DNA from: a bacterium | GTDB taxonomy: Bacteria > UBA8248 | Length of the DNA: 64,000 nt | NCBI GenBank assembly: GCA_965202625.1 | Contig: CBDBBI010000010.1 | Span: forward strand, 1,504,001-1,568,000 | Direction of reading: 5' to 3' | Notes under the pieces: model-generated | Told to the model about the DNA's origin: nothing | Databases searched by the model: none | Seen by the model: only the letters and a program-made list of their open reading frames with translations | In this document: piece by piece, positions 9,474 through 19,628 of the stretch | Numbering within the stretch: the first letter of the stretch is position 1 | How the letters are laid out: each line of letters opens with the position of its first letter | Translations under genes and position numbers: made by a program

Positions 9474-10760
9474 ATGTGGGGTGCCGCTGCGAATCTCATC
9501 CAGAATTTCTCGTGGAACCATGCGGTCGATATTGGAACCATGTGGTTTCTGCTCTACCAGGTCTATATTCGCTTCAAGGGCACCCAGGCGATGCGCCTTC
9601 TCGTGCGCGTCTTCGTGGCGTGGCTCATCTATCTCGCCGCACAGGCGGCAGGTCTGCATCTGACCTCATTTCTGCTCTGGGCCATCTGGATCGCCGCCCT
9701 CATCCTGTTTCTCATCAATTTCCACGGAGAGATCCAAAGGATATTCTTTCAGCTCAATCCGGTGCGCCGCATCTCCAGGCTGTTGCGCCGGGCGATGCGC
9801 ATCCGCCTGCCGGACGAGGGCGTCGCCGCCATCGCCGAATCCGCGCTCTCGCTCGCACGCAAGAGCCTGGGCGCGATCATCGTCGTGGAGCGTCGCGACA
9901 TGACCGAGGCGCTGCTGAGCAGTCCAGGCGAGCGGATCGAGGCGGACGTCCGGCCCCTGTTACTGGAAAGCGTCTTCCTGAAGGACGCGCCCTGCCACGA
10001 CGGCGCCGCCGTGATTCGAGAGAACAAGGTCTCGCGCGTGGGATGTTTTTTACCCCTCTCCGAGAACCGCGCCCTGCCTCCGGAGCTCGGCGCGCGCCAT
10101 CGAGCGGCGGTGGGCATCACCGAGCGCTGCGACGCCCTGGCGCTCGTCGTCTCCGAGGAGCGGGGCGAGGTCACCGGCGTCGAGGGAGGACAGACGAAGA
10201 CGATAGCGGGGGAGAGGGAAATCGCATCATGGCTCACGGCGCGCCTGCGCGCGGCCAGAGAGGCGGGACAGGTGAGCAGACGCATCTCGCCCAAACACGT
10301 TCTTGAGAACTGGAAGCCCAAGCTCGCCGCCCTCGCTGCGGTCGTTTTTCTCTGGACGCTGGGCGGGCAGGGACGGCAAAATACGCAGAATTTCTTCTCG
10401 CAACTCGAAAGGACGGCAGAGGAGGAATTTCACGTTCCGCTCCATTATTACAACCTTCCGGGCGGAGTCTCCCTGCCGGAGGAGGCGGCGAAAGACGTAA
10501 GGATTCGCCTCCGAGGCAGACGCGACCTCCTGCATTACATCGACGCCGCCCGCCTGCGCGTGAACGTGAACCTCGCCAAGGCGACGCCCGGTGCGCATTC
10601 GCACACGCTGTCCGGTAGGGACGTCAACCTTCCAAGCGATCTCGAATTTCTGGGCGCCGAACCCAAAACCATACGGCTTCTCCTTGAACAAACGGACGCG
10701 CCCGAGAAGAGGAAGAAGGCGAATCTCTCCCCAAAAGCAGAAAGTTTGCCGAATTTTTAA
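9474..10760 (+). CDS. membrane diadenylate cyclase CdaA fused to a YbbR-like domain
   Basis: three N-terminal hydrophobic segments, DAC motifs HDGA and GARHRAA, VVSEERG, then NWKPKLAAL TM helix and YbbR-like beta domain. Confidence 0.85.
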   Translation: MWGAAANLIQNFSWNHAVDIGTMWFLLYQVYIRFKGTQAMRLLVRVFVAWLIYLAAQAAGLHLTSFLLWAIWIAALILFLINFHGEIQRIFFQLNPVRRISRLLRRAMRIRLPDEGVAAIAESALSLARKSLGAIIVVERRDMTEALLSSPGERIEADVRPLLLESVFLKDAPCHDGAAVIRENKVSRVGCFLPLSENRALPPELGARHRAAVGITERCDALALVVSEERGEVTGVEGGQTKTIAGEREIASWLTARLRAAREAGQVSRRISPKHVLENWKPKLAALAAVVFLWTLGGQGRQNTQNFFSQLERTAEEEFHVPLHYYNLPGGVSLPEEAAKDVRIRLRGRRDLLHYIDAARLRVNVNLAKATPGAHSHTLSGRDVNLPSDLEFLGAEPKTIRLLLEQTDAPEKRKKANLSPKAESLPNF

Positions 10761-10790
10761 GGGACTCCCTTCCGCCGCCTGAAAATAGAC

Positions 10791-10819
10791 TTGTTTTTTT
10801 CACGCCGAGAACCTATATT
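10791..10819 (+). promoter_or_regulatory. sigma70-like promoter (TTGTTT-N17-TATATT) upstream of structured RNA
   Basis: hexamers with 17-nt spacing directly before the paired region. Confidence 0.5.
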
Positions 10820-10825
10820 GAAATC

Positions 10826-11054
10826 AGCCAGACGGTTCGTTGGCCGCATGAAGGAGCCGACATAGGAAACGGCTCCTCGTTGGGTGAACTTTCAGGCGAG
10901 GGAGGATGCGATGATATTCCTGATGAATCGCTTCACACGCGCGGAGTTTCCATCCTCCCCGGCCCACCGCATCAGCCGGACGGGGAGGAAACACCAAGGT
11001 TGATGCGCAAACCAAGGCGGCGCGTTGCCGTCTGAAGGTGGGATCGACTCACCT
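10826..11054 (+). ncRNA. unassigned structured ncRNA candidate (6S-like size)
   Basis: closing helix cagacgg 10829/ccgtctg 11028, internal helices aggagccg/cggctcct, gggaggatg/catcctccc, gcatcagcc/ggttgatgc; own promoter and terminator. Confidence 0.5.
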
Positions 11055-11071
11055 CGGAAAAACAAACAAAG

Positions 11072-11103
11072 AGAGCGGGACGAAACGTCCCGCTCTTCTT
11101 TTT
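11072..11103 (+). terminator. intrinsic terminator, probably bidirectional
   Basis: agagcgggacg-aaa-cgtcccgctct hairpin followed by T-rich run and preceded by A-rich run. Confidence 0.75.
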
Positions 11104-11140
11104 GCAGGAGTTTCGAGAACACGCTGGAGGTTTTGGTCTC

Positions 11141-11335
11141 CTATATCTTCGTCTCCAGTTTTCGCATCTCGATCTCCATCTGCTGCATCTTGTTCTTGAG
11201 CACGTTGAAGTCATACTCCAACCCCTCGGCGAGCAGGACGAGACCCTGATACAACTGGTATTTCTCGGGTGCGTCCGCCTCGCTCACCGAATCAAGAATT
11301 TTGGCGAAAGCCTCTCTGGCGTGATGAAAGCTCAA
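11141..11335 (-). CDS. small hypothetical protein with coiled-coil C-terminus
   Basis: AAGGAGG RBS before TTG at 11335; natural-looking composition; ends at terminator. Confidence 0.55.
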   Translation of the reverse strand: MSFHHAREAFAKILDSVSEADAPEKYQLYQGLVLLAEGLEYDFNVLKNKMQQMEIEMRKLETKI

Positions 11336-12016
11336 AGCCCATTCCTCCTTGGTTGCGCGCCGGCGTTCGGATAGAACGCTCCTGATGAGGAGAAATCCTA
11401 CCCGCATCTCTGCTAGAATCAAGCCCATCGACAAACAAGCCGTCCCGCCTGCGAGGAGGCGCCTTCATGCCGAAAAGACCGCACGCGACACAATCTGTAG
11501 GATGTGCACCACTACGGTCAAGCACTCCTACGTGTGCGACGGACCCGAGCGGGCGGCGGAGCGGACCTCGCCGTTTGCGTTTTGCATCGCCGGGCACGCC
11601 GGCCGAGGTTTCTCCACGTGATGGGAGCGGCGAAGAGCGAGGGCATCTGCATCGACGGCGTGGAGGCGGGCGCGGAGTTCAGGCACAATCTCTCGCCGAG
11701 GTTTCACCCGGATTTTCATGGGGACCCCGCGCACAGGAAACCGCCCATCGGCGTCATTCGCACGAGCCGCTGCGTCCACGGCGACGTCTCCGAGGCCCAG
11801 GGCGCGCAACTCCTGGAGAAACGCGCGAACTGCCCCATAGCAGGAGGGCGTCATCAGCATGGAGGAGGGGGCGGAGCCTTCTGGGAAGTGTGAAAACCGG
11901 ACGGAAGAGAGGCCAAGGAGAGCGCGGTGCTTGACGAGACGAGAAAATCAAGCAGGCGGAGCGTCTGGGGGAGAGCGCTCCCCTCGGGAGTTCGCCGCCC
12001 TGATGAGGAATTCGTG

Positions 12017-12754
12017 ATGAAAATCGTATGTGTCGGACAGGGCAAGATGGGGGCCGGCATGGCCGCCAACCTTCAGAAAGCGCGTTATGCGCCCATCGTT
12101 CATGACGTCCTCCGGAAGGCGGGCGCTGGGCGGGGCGCGCCGTGGGCGGATTCTCCTCAAGAGGTCGCCCGCGCGTGCGACGTCGTCCTCGCCTCGCTGC
12201 CGGTGCCCAGGGAGGTCGAGAGCGTCTCCACGCGCCCAAACGGCGTGCTCGAGGGGATCAGCGCGGGAAAAGTCTATACCGACCTGAACACGGGATACCC
12301 CGCCAGCGTTCGGCGCATCCATCAGAAATTCGCCGAGGCGGGCGCCCGCATGATGGACCCTCCCGTGAACGGCTCCACCATCGGCGCGAAAACGGGGCAC
12401 CGCGCGCTCATGGTGGGGGGCGAGGATGAGGCGTGCGAGCGCCGTCAGCCCGTCCTCGATACCATCGGAGATCGCCTCACCCACACCGGCGGAATCGGCA
12501 GCGGCACCATCTGCAAACTCGCCCACAACTGCCCTGGCTGCGGTGCTCAAACCATCGCGGCGGAATGCTGCACTCCGGGCGTCAAGGCGGGCGCATCGCC
12601 CGGCGCAGCGGGCAACGTCGCCTACCAGGAAACCATCGCGGGCCTCCACCGGGGCTGGGGGGAGGACGGCGCGAGGCGCGCCACGGCGCTGCAAGAAGAG
12701 CGGGCGGGCGGCGTTCGGGTGAGAATTTCAGAACGGGAGGACGCTTCGAGATGA
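12017..12754 (+). pseudogene. degenerate 3-hydroxyisobutyrate dehydrogenase-family oxidoreductase
   Basis: GxGxMG, MVGG, GSGTICKLAHN motifs but only ~245 aa, with the C-terminal helical domain largely missing and disruptive substitutions. Confidence 0.55.
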
Positions 12755-13776
12755 AACAAGGCATCGCCATGCTGCCGCCGGATCCGGCGACCTACGCCCG
12801 TTGGTGTCGGCTCGCCGAGGAGGCGGGTTTTGACGTCATCTGGGTGCCGGACTCCCAATCCCTCTACAGGGAGCTTTACGTTTCATGCGCCGTCTGCGCG
12901 TCGAGTACCACGCGCACGCTGTTGGGCCCCAACGTCACCAACCCGCTCACGCGCCATCCGGCGGTGACGGCGAGCGCGATCGCCACGGTGGATGAACTCT
13001 CCGGCGGGCGGGCGCTTTTGGCGATCGCCACGGGCGACAGCGCGGTTCTGAACCTGGGCCTCAAGCCCGCCAGGCTCGCCGAGATGCGCGAATACGTTCT
13101 CGCCCTGCGCGGATTGCTTGAGGGGGGCGCGGTGCGCTATCAGGGAAACCCATGCTCTCCGGGCTGGCACCGCAAACGCATTCCCCTCTACATTGCCGCC
13201 GAGGGGCCGCGCGGCATTCGGCTGGCGGGCGAGGTGGCGGACGGCGTCATCATCGGGGCCGGCCTCACGCCCGAGGTGGCGGCGGACGCTCTCACCTGGC
13301 TGGAGGAGGGTGCCAGAGCGTCGGGCCGCAAGGTGGACGCACTGGACGTCTGGTGGCTGGTGAAGGCGAACGTGGGAGAGGACGGGAACCGCGCGCGCGA
13401 GGAGGTGCGCACCGCCCTCGCCGCAAGCGCGCACCACGCCTTTCGCTTCTCGCTCGAGGGCAGGCGCATTCCCAAAGAACTCCTCTCCTCGGTCGCAGCC
13501 CTCAAAAGGGAATACGCATTCCACGAGCACGAGATGGTGGACAGACAAGCAAACGCGGAACTCGTGGACAGGCTCGGGCTTCGGGAATATCTGCTGGATC
13601 GCTTCGCTGTCGCCGGAACGCCCGCCGAATGCCGCCAAAAAATCAGACAGATGCAGGCCATCGGCATCGAGAATGTAAGAATTTCCGCCCACGTGCTCGA
13701 CAAGCCCGCCTTCATCCGGACGTGGAGCCGCGAGGTGATGGGCGCGGCCGCCCAGAGCAAGAGGAGACTCCCATGA
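12751..13776 (+). CDS. LLM-class (Mer-like, likely F420-dependent) oxidoreductase
   Basis: AEEAGFD..WVPDSQ, GPNVTNPLTRHPAVTASAIATVDELSGGRA, AGEVADG. Confidence 0.88.
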   Translation: MKQGIAMLPPDPATYARWCRLAEEAGFDVIWVPDSQSLYRELYVSCAVCASSTTRTLLGPNVTNPLTRHPAVTASAIATVDELSGGRALLAIATGDSAVLNLGLKPARLAEMREYVLALRGLLEGGAVRYQGNPCSPGWHRKRIPLYIAAEGPRGIRLAGEVADGVIIGAGLTPEVAADALTWLEEGARASGRKVDALDVWWLVKANVGEDGNRAREEVRTALAASAHHAFRFSLEGRRIPKELLSSVAALKREYAFHEHEMVDRQANAELVDRLGLREYLLDRFAVAGTPAECRQKIRQMQAIGIENVRISAHVLDKPAFIRTWSREVMGAAAQSKRRLP

Positions 13777-14783
13777 GACACGGCGTTTCGTTCAGGCCGC
13801 CCGATACCGCCTCGTTCGCCCGCTGGTGCCGATGCGCGGAGGCGCTCGGGTTCGACGCGGTGTTCATTCCCGACTCGCAATCCCTCTACCGGGAGGTCTA
13901 TGTGTCGAGTGCGATATGCGCGATGCAGACGAGCAAAATTCTCTTTGGCCCGTGCGTCACGAACCCCGTCACGCGGCACCCGGCCGTGGCGGCGAGCGCG
14001 ATAGGCACCATCAGCGAGCTCTCCGGCGGCCGCGCCTTCTGGGGGATCGCCACCGGCGACAGCGCGGTCCTGAACCTGGGCTTAAGGCCTGCGAAGCGCG
14101 CCGAGATGCGCGAATACGTCCTCGCCGTGCGGGGAATGCTCGAGGAGGGAAGCGCCGAATACAAGGGGAAGACGAACCGGCTGAGCTGGCACAAATCCCA
14201 CGTGCCCATTCACATCGCCGCAGAAGGCCCCCAGACCTTAAGACTGGCGGGCGAGGTGGCCGACGGCGTCATCATTGGAACCGGCCTCACGCCCGAGGTC
14301 ATCGAGGACACGCTCGCCTTCATAGACGAGGGCGCCAAAAAATCCGGCAGACGGGTGGAGGACCTGGACCTCTGGTGGCTGGCGGACGCCCACGTGGACG
14401 CCGAGGGGGAACGCGCGCGCGCGGACGTTCGCACCGCCCTCGCCGCAAGCGCGCACCACTCTTTCTCGTTCACCCTCAAGGGCAAGCGCATTCCACAGGA
14501 GCTGGAAGCCGGCATTCGCGCCCTCAGGGACGGCTACCAGACGTCCGAGCACGGCCGCATGGACAAATCGACCAATGCCGCACTCGTCGATCGCTTCGGA
14601 CTCAGGGATTACCTGGCGGAGCGCTTCGCTATCGTCGGCACGCCCGCCGAGTGCAGGGAGAGGCTGAAAACGCTGGAAGGGCGGGGCGTCAAGGGATTGC
14701 GCATCAACAACAACCTGCCCGACAGAACCGCGTTCATGGACGTCTGGAGCAAGCAAGTGAGGGGAATAGCGCAGGCGGAATGA
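13773..14783 (+). CDS. LLM-class (Mer-like, likely F420-dependent) oxidoreductase, paralog of upstream gene
   Basis: same motifs (PDSQSLYRE, VTNPVTRHP, ATGDSAVLNLGL); RBS gaggag before ATG 13773. Confidence 0.88.
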   Translation: MRHGVSFRPPDTASFARWCRCAEALGFDAVFIPDSQSLYREVYVSSAICAMQTSKILFGPCVTNPVTRHPAVAASAIGTISELSGGRAFWGIATGDSAVLNLGLRPAKRAEMREYVLAVRGMLEEGSAEYKGKTNRLSWHKSHVPIHIAAEGPQTLRLAGEVADGVIIGTGLTPEVIEDTLAFIDEGAKKSGRRVEDLDLWWLADAHVDAEGERARADVRTALAASAHHSFSFTLKGKRIPQELEAGIRALRDGYQTSEHGRMDKSTNAALVDRFGLRDYLAERFAIVGTPAECRERLKTLEGRGVKGLRINNNLPDRTAFMDVWSKQVRGIAQAE

Positions 14784-15435
14784 GGAAAGGCAACGGCGCC
14801 TCCGCCGGTCCGCGCATACCGAAAAATCGGCGGACACGTCCATCTGCTTCACGAGGTCCCGCCAAAACGCCCACACCACGCGCAAACGCGGGCATCCTCG
14901 CAAGAACGGAATATAAAAATATAGAAAACAGAAAGCGGACGCGGGGTGCCAAGTTCCCCATCGCGCCGCCCTCTCGCATCAGAACGTCCAGTGCGCCCTA
15001 TTCACTCCGTCCTCTCGGTGGTATAATAGTCCTTGTGCACATACATTGCCCATAATCGCTCCGGAGGCGATCTGCGCGATTGCGCCTTTTTCGTCCCGAC
15101 AAATCCGGTTTCCCTGATTCCACGTCTATTTCCAGCGCCTTTCGAGGCGCGAAGCCATTTTTGAGGTGAGGAGGGCAACGCATACGTCTCATCACAACGA
15201 TCATGATCATGAAACCCTATCAGGCGCGAGGACTTGAGAAGCGCGCGCGATGAGGACGCGGCGCCGAGCTCAACGCCGTCATGGAATCCGGCGGCGGACG
15301 CGGAGGCGCGAGAATTCTCATCCATCCGGTGGAGGACGCATCCGGACGGCGGGCAGCGAGAGGCCGCCGCCTGAACCCCTGAAAAACCTGTTCTTCTCGA
15401 TTCGTTTTCCACGCATTTCAAAGGAGGTTCAAAAG

Positions 15436-16725
<1,290 letters not shown>

Positions 16726-16830
16726 GCCGCTTTTCCAGAAGGCTCCGGGGCTGCGGCTCCGGAGCCTTCGCGCATTCCCGCGCGCGAAAGATCACGGACC
16801 TGGGAGCCGCGCAAACGAGAAAATGGAGAG

Positions 16831-16946
16831 TGTAGCCAAACAAAAGTCATTGCGAATGGCCTGGAAAAACGGCTCCTAAAACGGCTGTGCAAGGGCGTTG
16901 AAAAGGTCGTGCAAAGCAGGTTCGTCGAGCGTGATGGCGGCGAGGG
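16831..16946 (+). repeat. imperfect direct repeat, copy 1 (left boundary of accessory block)
   Basis: tgtagcc..attgcgaatggc..ggcgttgaaaaggtcgtgcaaagcaggttcgtcgagcgtgatggcggcgaggg matches 31946-32023 apart from a ~36-nt insertion. Confidence 0.75.
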
Positions 16947-17204
16947 GGTCGTGCAGACTCCGCCGAAGCGGAGAACGGAGAACACCCTGCCCTGCCCGAC
17001 GACCGCAATCCGCAAATCTTAAAAGCCCCCCTGGGGCGGCAGGCGGGTTTGATCGCGCTGACGAAACTCCGCGTAATACGCAATAGGAAGCTGCGGCACT
17101 CTCCCGCGATCATGGCGAGGGCACGGCGCATGAACAGATGACAGGACGGGGGGAGATACAAGACAGGCTGCCGCTCTCCCGAACAACGGGGACGGCGGTT
17201 TATC

Positions 17205-19037
17205 CTATGAGGCGGCGGACTCCCTGATGCGGTCGAAATACGCCGCGGCGTCATCCGGCAGGGAGGTGAAGCGCATCCGCGTCCTCTCCCCTTCCGCCTC
17301 CACGACCTTCGCATAGACCTCGGAGACGTTCGCCTCCTCGAACTTGAGCACCACGTTGGCGTTTCTCTGAAAAGCGCCCTCCACGGCGGCATCGACGCAA
17401 TTCTGCGAAATGCGAGCGACCTCTCCGCGCACCGCGTGCTCGGAAACCCTTTTTCCGTCCACCTCGAAAACCTGCACCACAACCGGGGGGGCCAAATCCA
17501 CAAAAACCTCCTCCTCGCGCGGAGGCGTCTCGCACGCGTATTCCCCCGACATTCCCAGAACCTCATACACGCGAACGGGCTCCTCCAGTCCCTTGAAGCG
17601 CAAGTCCTGGACTTCTCCCACCTTGAGGAGATCCGCCGTCCTGCTGTGCGTCTCGGGGCTGATGAGCACCTGCCCGCTCACGGTGTGGGATTCGATGCGG
17701 TAGGCCATGTTGATGGTCGTCCCCATCGCGCCGTATTTGGTGCGCTTCTCCGAGCCTATGTTGCCGACGATCACCTCGCCCGTGTTGACGCCGATCCCCA
17801 TGTGGAGCTCGGGCAGGCCGCGCGCCCTTTGCTCCTCGTTGATGCCCTCCAGCGCACACTGCATTTGCACCGCACACGCCACCGCCCGCGCCGGATCGTC
17901 CGGGGCGGCGAGCGGCGCGCCGAAGAACGCGAGAATCCCGTCTCCCTGAAATTCATCGACCGTCCCCTTGTATCGGGTGATTGTCTCCACCATCGGCTCC
18001 AGAAAGCGGTTCACCACGTCAATGACCTCATCCGGCTTCAGGCGGGAGGAGAGAGCGGTGAACCCCCGCAGGTCGGAGACCAGAAAGGTCACCTCGCGCA
18101 CCTCGCCGCCGAGCTTCAGACCGTCGGGCGAGTTCAGAAGCTCGTCCACGATCTCCTCGCTGATGTAGCGCCCGAAGGTATCGCGTATGAAATCTCTCTG
18201 CTTCAAGCCCTCGATCATGCCCTCAAACGAGGCCGCCAGGCGGCCCACCTCGTCGTGGCCCCTCTTGGCGGGAAGCGAGACGTCCAGATTCCCCCGGCTC
18301 ACCTCCTCGGACGCCGATGTGAGGCTCCTGAGCAGGCGCAGCATTCGAGAGGAGGCGAACCCGAACAGGAGGAGGCCCAGGGCGAGCAGCGCGGCGGTGA
18401 AGCCGAACAGCCGGATGGTGTTCGCCCGCACCTTCTCGGCAACGGGGTTGGCGAACTTGTTGACCATCAGAATGGCCACCACCTTTTTGTTCAGCTTGAG
18501 GGGCACGTTGACCTGCAAAAACTGATTGAACAAGCGATCCCCCACCTTGCCGCCGAAGAGTTGGGAGTGCATCATCTCGCCGCGGTCCCAGGTGTCGTTC
18601 GTGGCCTTGTAGGTGGCGGGAAAGAGTTGGTGAATGTGGGCGTCCTGGCCGATGCCGAACCCATCGTGACCGGCGGCGACGTATTCGTAGCGCCCGTTGG
18701 GCCGGCGGCGCATGATGACGGCGTTGTCCACTCCCGAGAGCTTCTTGATGCGCCGCAGCGCGGCCAGAACGATCGCGTATTCCTCCGTCTTCTTGTCGCT
18801 CGGCTTTCTGAGGGCGTGCACCGACTCGGAGTCGATGAGGGAGACGCCGCGCTCGGCGATGAACTCGAGCTTGGCCGCCAGCACGTCGATCTCGTAATCC
18901 CGGCTGGACTGATAGTATCGAAACGAAAGGGGCGCGATGGCGACGATGAGGATCACCAGAAAAAGCGCCATGTTCTTGAAGACGATGGAGAAGTAAAAAC
19001 CCTTTTTGGGGGTGGACTGGACGCTTGATGCGCTCAC
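17205..19037 (-). CDS. membrane adenylate/guanylate cyclase (class III) with HAMP domain
   Basis: two TM helices, HAMP (DEVGRLAASF), VTFLVSDLRGFT, FQGDGILAFFGAP, GIGVNTGEVIVGNIGS; GTG start after GGAGG. Confidence 0.9.
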   Translation of the reverse strand: MSASSVQSTPKKGFYFSIVFKNMALFLVILIVAIAPLSFRYYQSSRDYEIDVLAAKLEFIAERGVSLIDSESVHALRKPSDKKTEEYAIVLAALRRIKKLSGVDNAVIMRRRPNGRYEYVAAGHDGFGIGQDAHIHQLFPATYKATNDTWDRGEMMHSQLFGGKVGDRLFNQFLQVNVPLKLNKKVVAILMVNKFANPVAEKVRANTIRLFGFTAALLALGLLLFGFASSRMLRLLRSLTSASEEVSRGNLDVSLPAKRGHDEVGRLAASFEGMIEGLKQRDFIRDTFGRYISEEIVDELLNSPDGLKLGGEVREVTFLVSDLRGFTALSSRLKPDEVIDVVNRFLEPMVETITRYKGTVDEFQGDGILAFFGAPLAAPDDPARAVACAVQMQCALEGINEEQRARGLPELHMGIGVNTGEVIVGNIGSEKRTKYGAMGTTINMAYRIESHTVSGQVLISPETHSRTADLLKVGEVQDLRFKGLEEPVRVYEVLGMSGEYACETPPREEEVFVDLAPPVVVQVFEVDGKRVSEHAVRGEVARISQNCVDAAVEGAFQRNANVVLKFEEANVSEVYAKVVEAEGERTRMRFTSLPDDAAAYFDRIRESAAS

Positions 19038-19197
19038 TCTTGATACCTCCCTCAGGCTGCGGCCAAGGGCTACTATACACCCATCCGCACGCGAGGGGAA
19101 ATTGTATCTGCTCCTGGGCGGTGCAGATTGCAGAGAGGAGAAGCGGTGCCTCCCCGCTATGCGTCTCACCCACAAGACATTCTCCAGCCCCGTCTGC

Positions 19198-19255
19198 TTG
19201 ACGGGCCATATATTTCCGTATAATATTACCTCATAGGTAACGGAAATTTTTCCGT
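19198..19255 (+). promoter_or_regulatory. higBA promoter with palindromic operator candidates
   Basis: TTGACG-N17-TAATAT; palindromes TTACCT-cat-AGGTAA (19226-19240) and ACGGAAA-tt-TTTCCGT (19240-19255). Confidence 0.6.
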
Positions 19256-19279
19256 CGTTATCGCCCGAAACATCATGGA

Positions 19280-19615
19280 ATGGACATCAATTTCCGAACG
19301 CGAAAACTCCAAAAAACGCTCAATTTGGAGAAAGAAATCCAGAAGAAGTATGGCGATCCCATGGCGAGAAAATTACAAACGCGGCTTGATGTCCTGGAGG
19401 CCGCCAAGACACTCGCAGACGTGCCGTCGAGCCGTCCGGATCGTTGTCATCCGCTCCAAGGCAAGCGAGATGGGCAATACGCCGTCGATCTCGTTCATCC
19501 TTACCGGCTCATATTCACGCCGAACCATGCGCCGGTTCCCCGGCGGAGCGACGGCGGAATCGACTTGAGGCGCATCACCGCGATCACTATCGTTGACGTG
19601 GTGGACTATCATTGA
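19280..19615 (+). CDS. higB: HigB/RelE-family toxin
   Basis: MDINFRTRKLQK, RCHPLQGKRDGQYAVDL.HPYRLIF, C-terminal VVDYH. Confidence 0.85.
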   Translation: MDINFRTRKLQKTLNLEKEIQKKYGDPMARKLQTRLDVLEAAKTLADVPSSRPDRCHPLQGKRDGQYAVDLVHPYRLIFTPNHAPVPRRSDGGIDLRRITAITIVDVVDYH

Positions 19616-19628
19616 GGAGGCGAAGAAC

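Noticed and set aside
10910-10960. CTGATGA suggesting a hammerhead ribozyme; also considered SRP, RNase P and c-di-AMP riboswitch
   Set aside because: No stem II followed by GAAA, no SRP GGAA domain IV or RNase P GAGGAAAGTCC motif, and no downstream same-strand gene for a riboswitch
11467-11934. Several overlapping short ORFs and a single GTAG-initiated hairpin at ~11498-11531
   Set aside because: No convincing motif, RBS or second copy; may be decayed sequence
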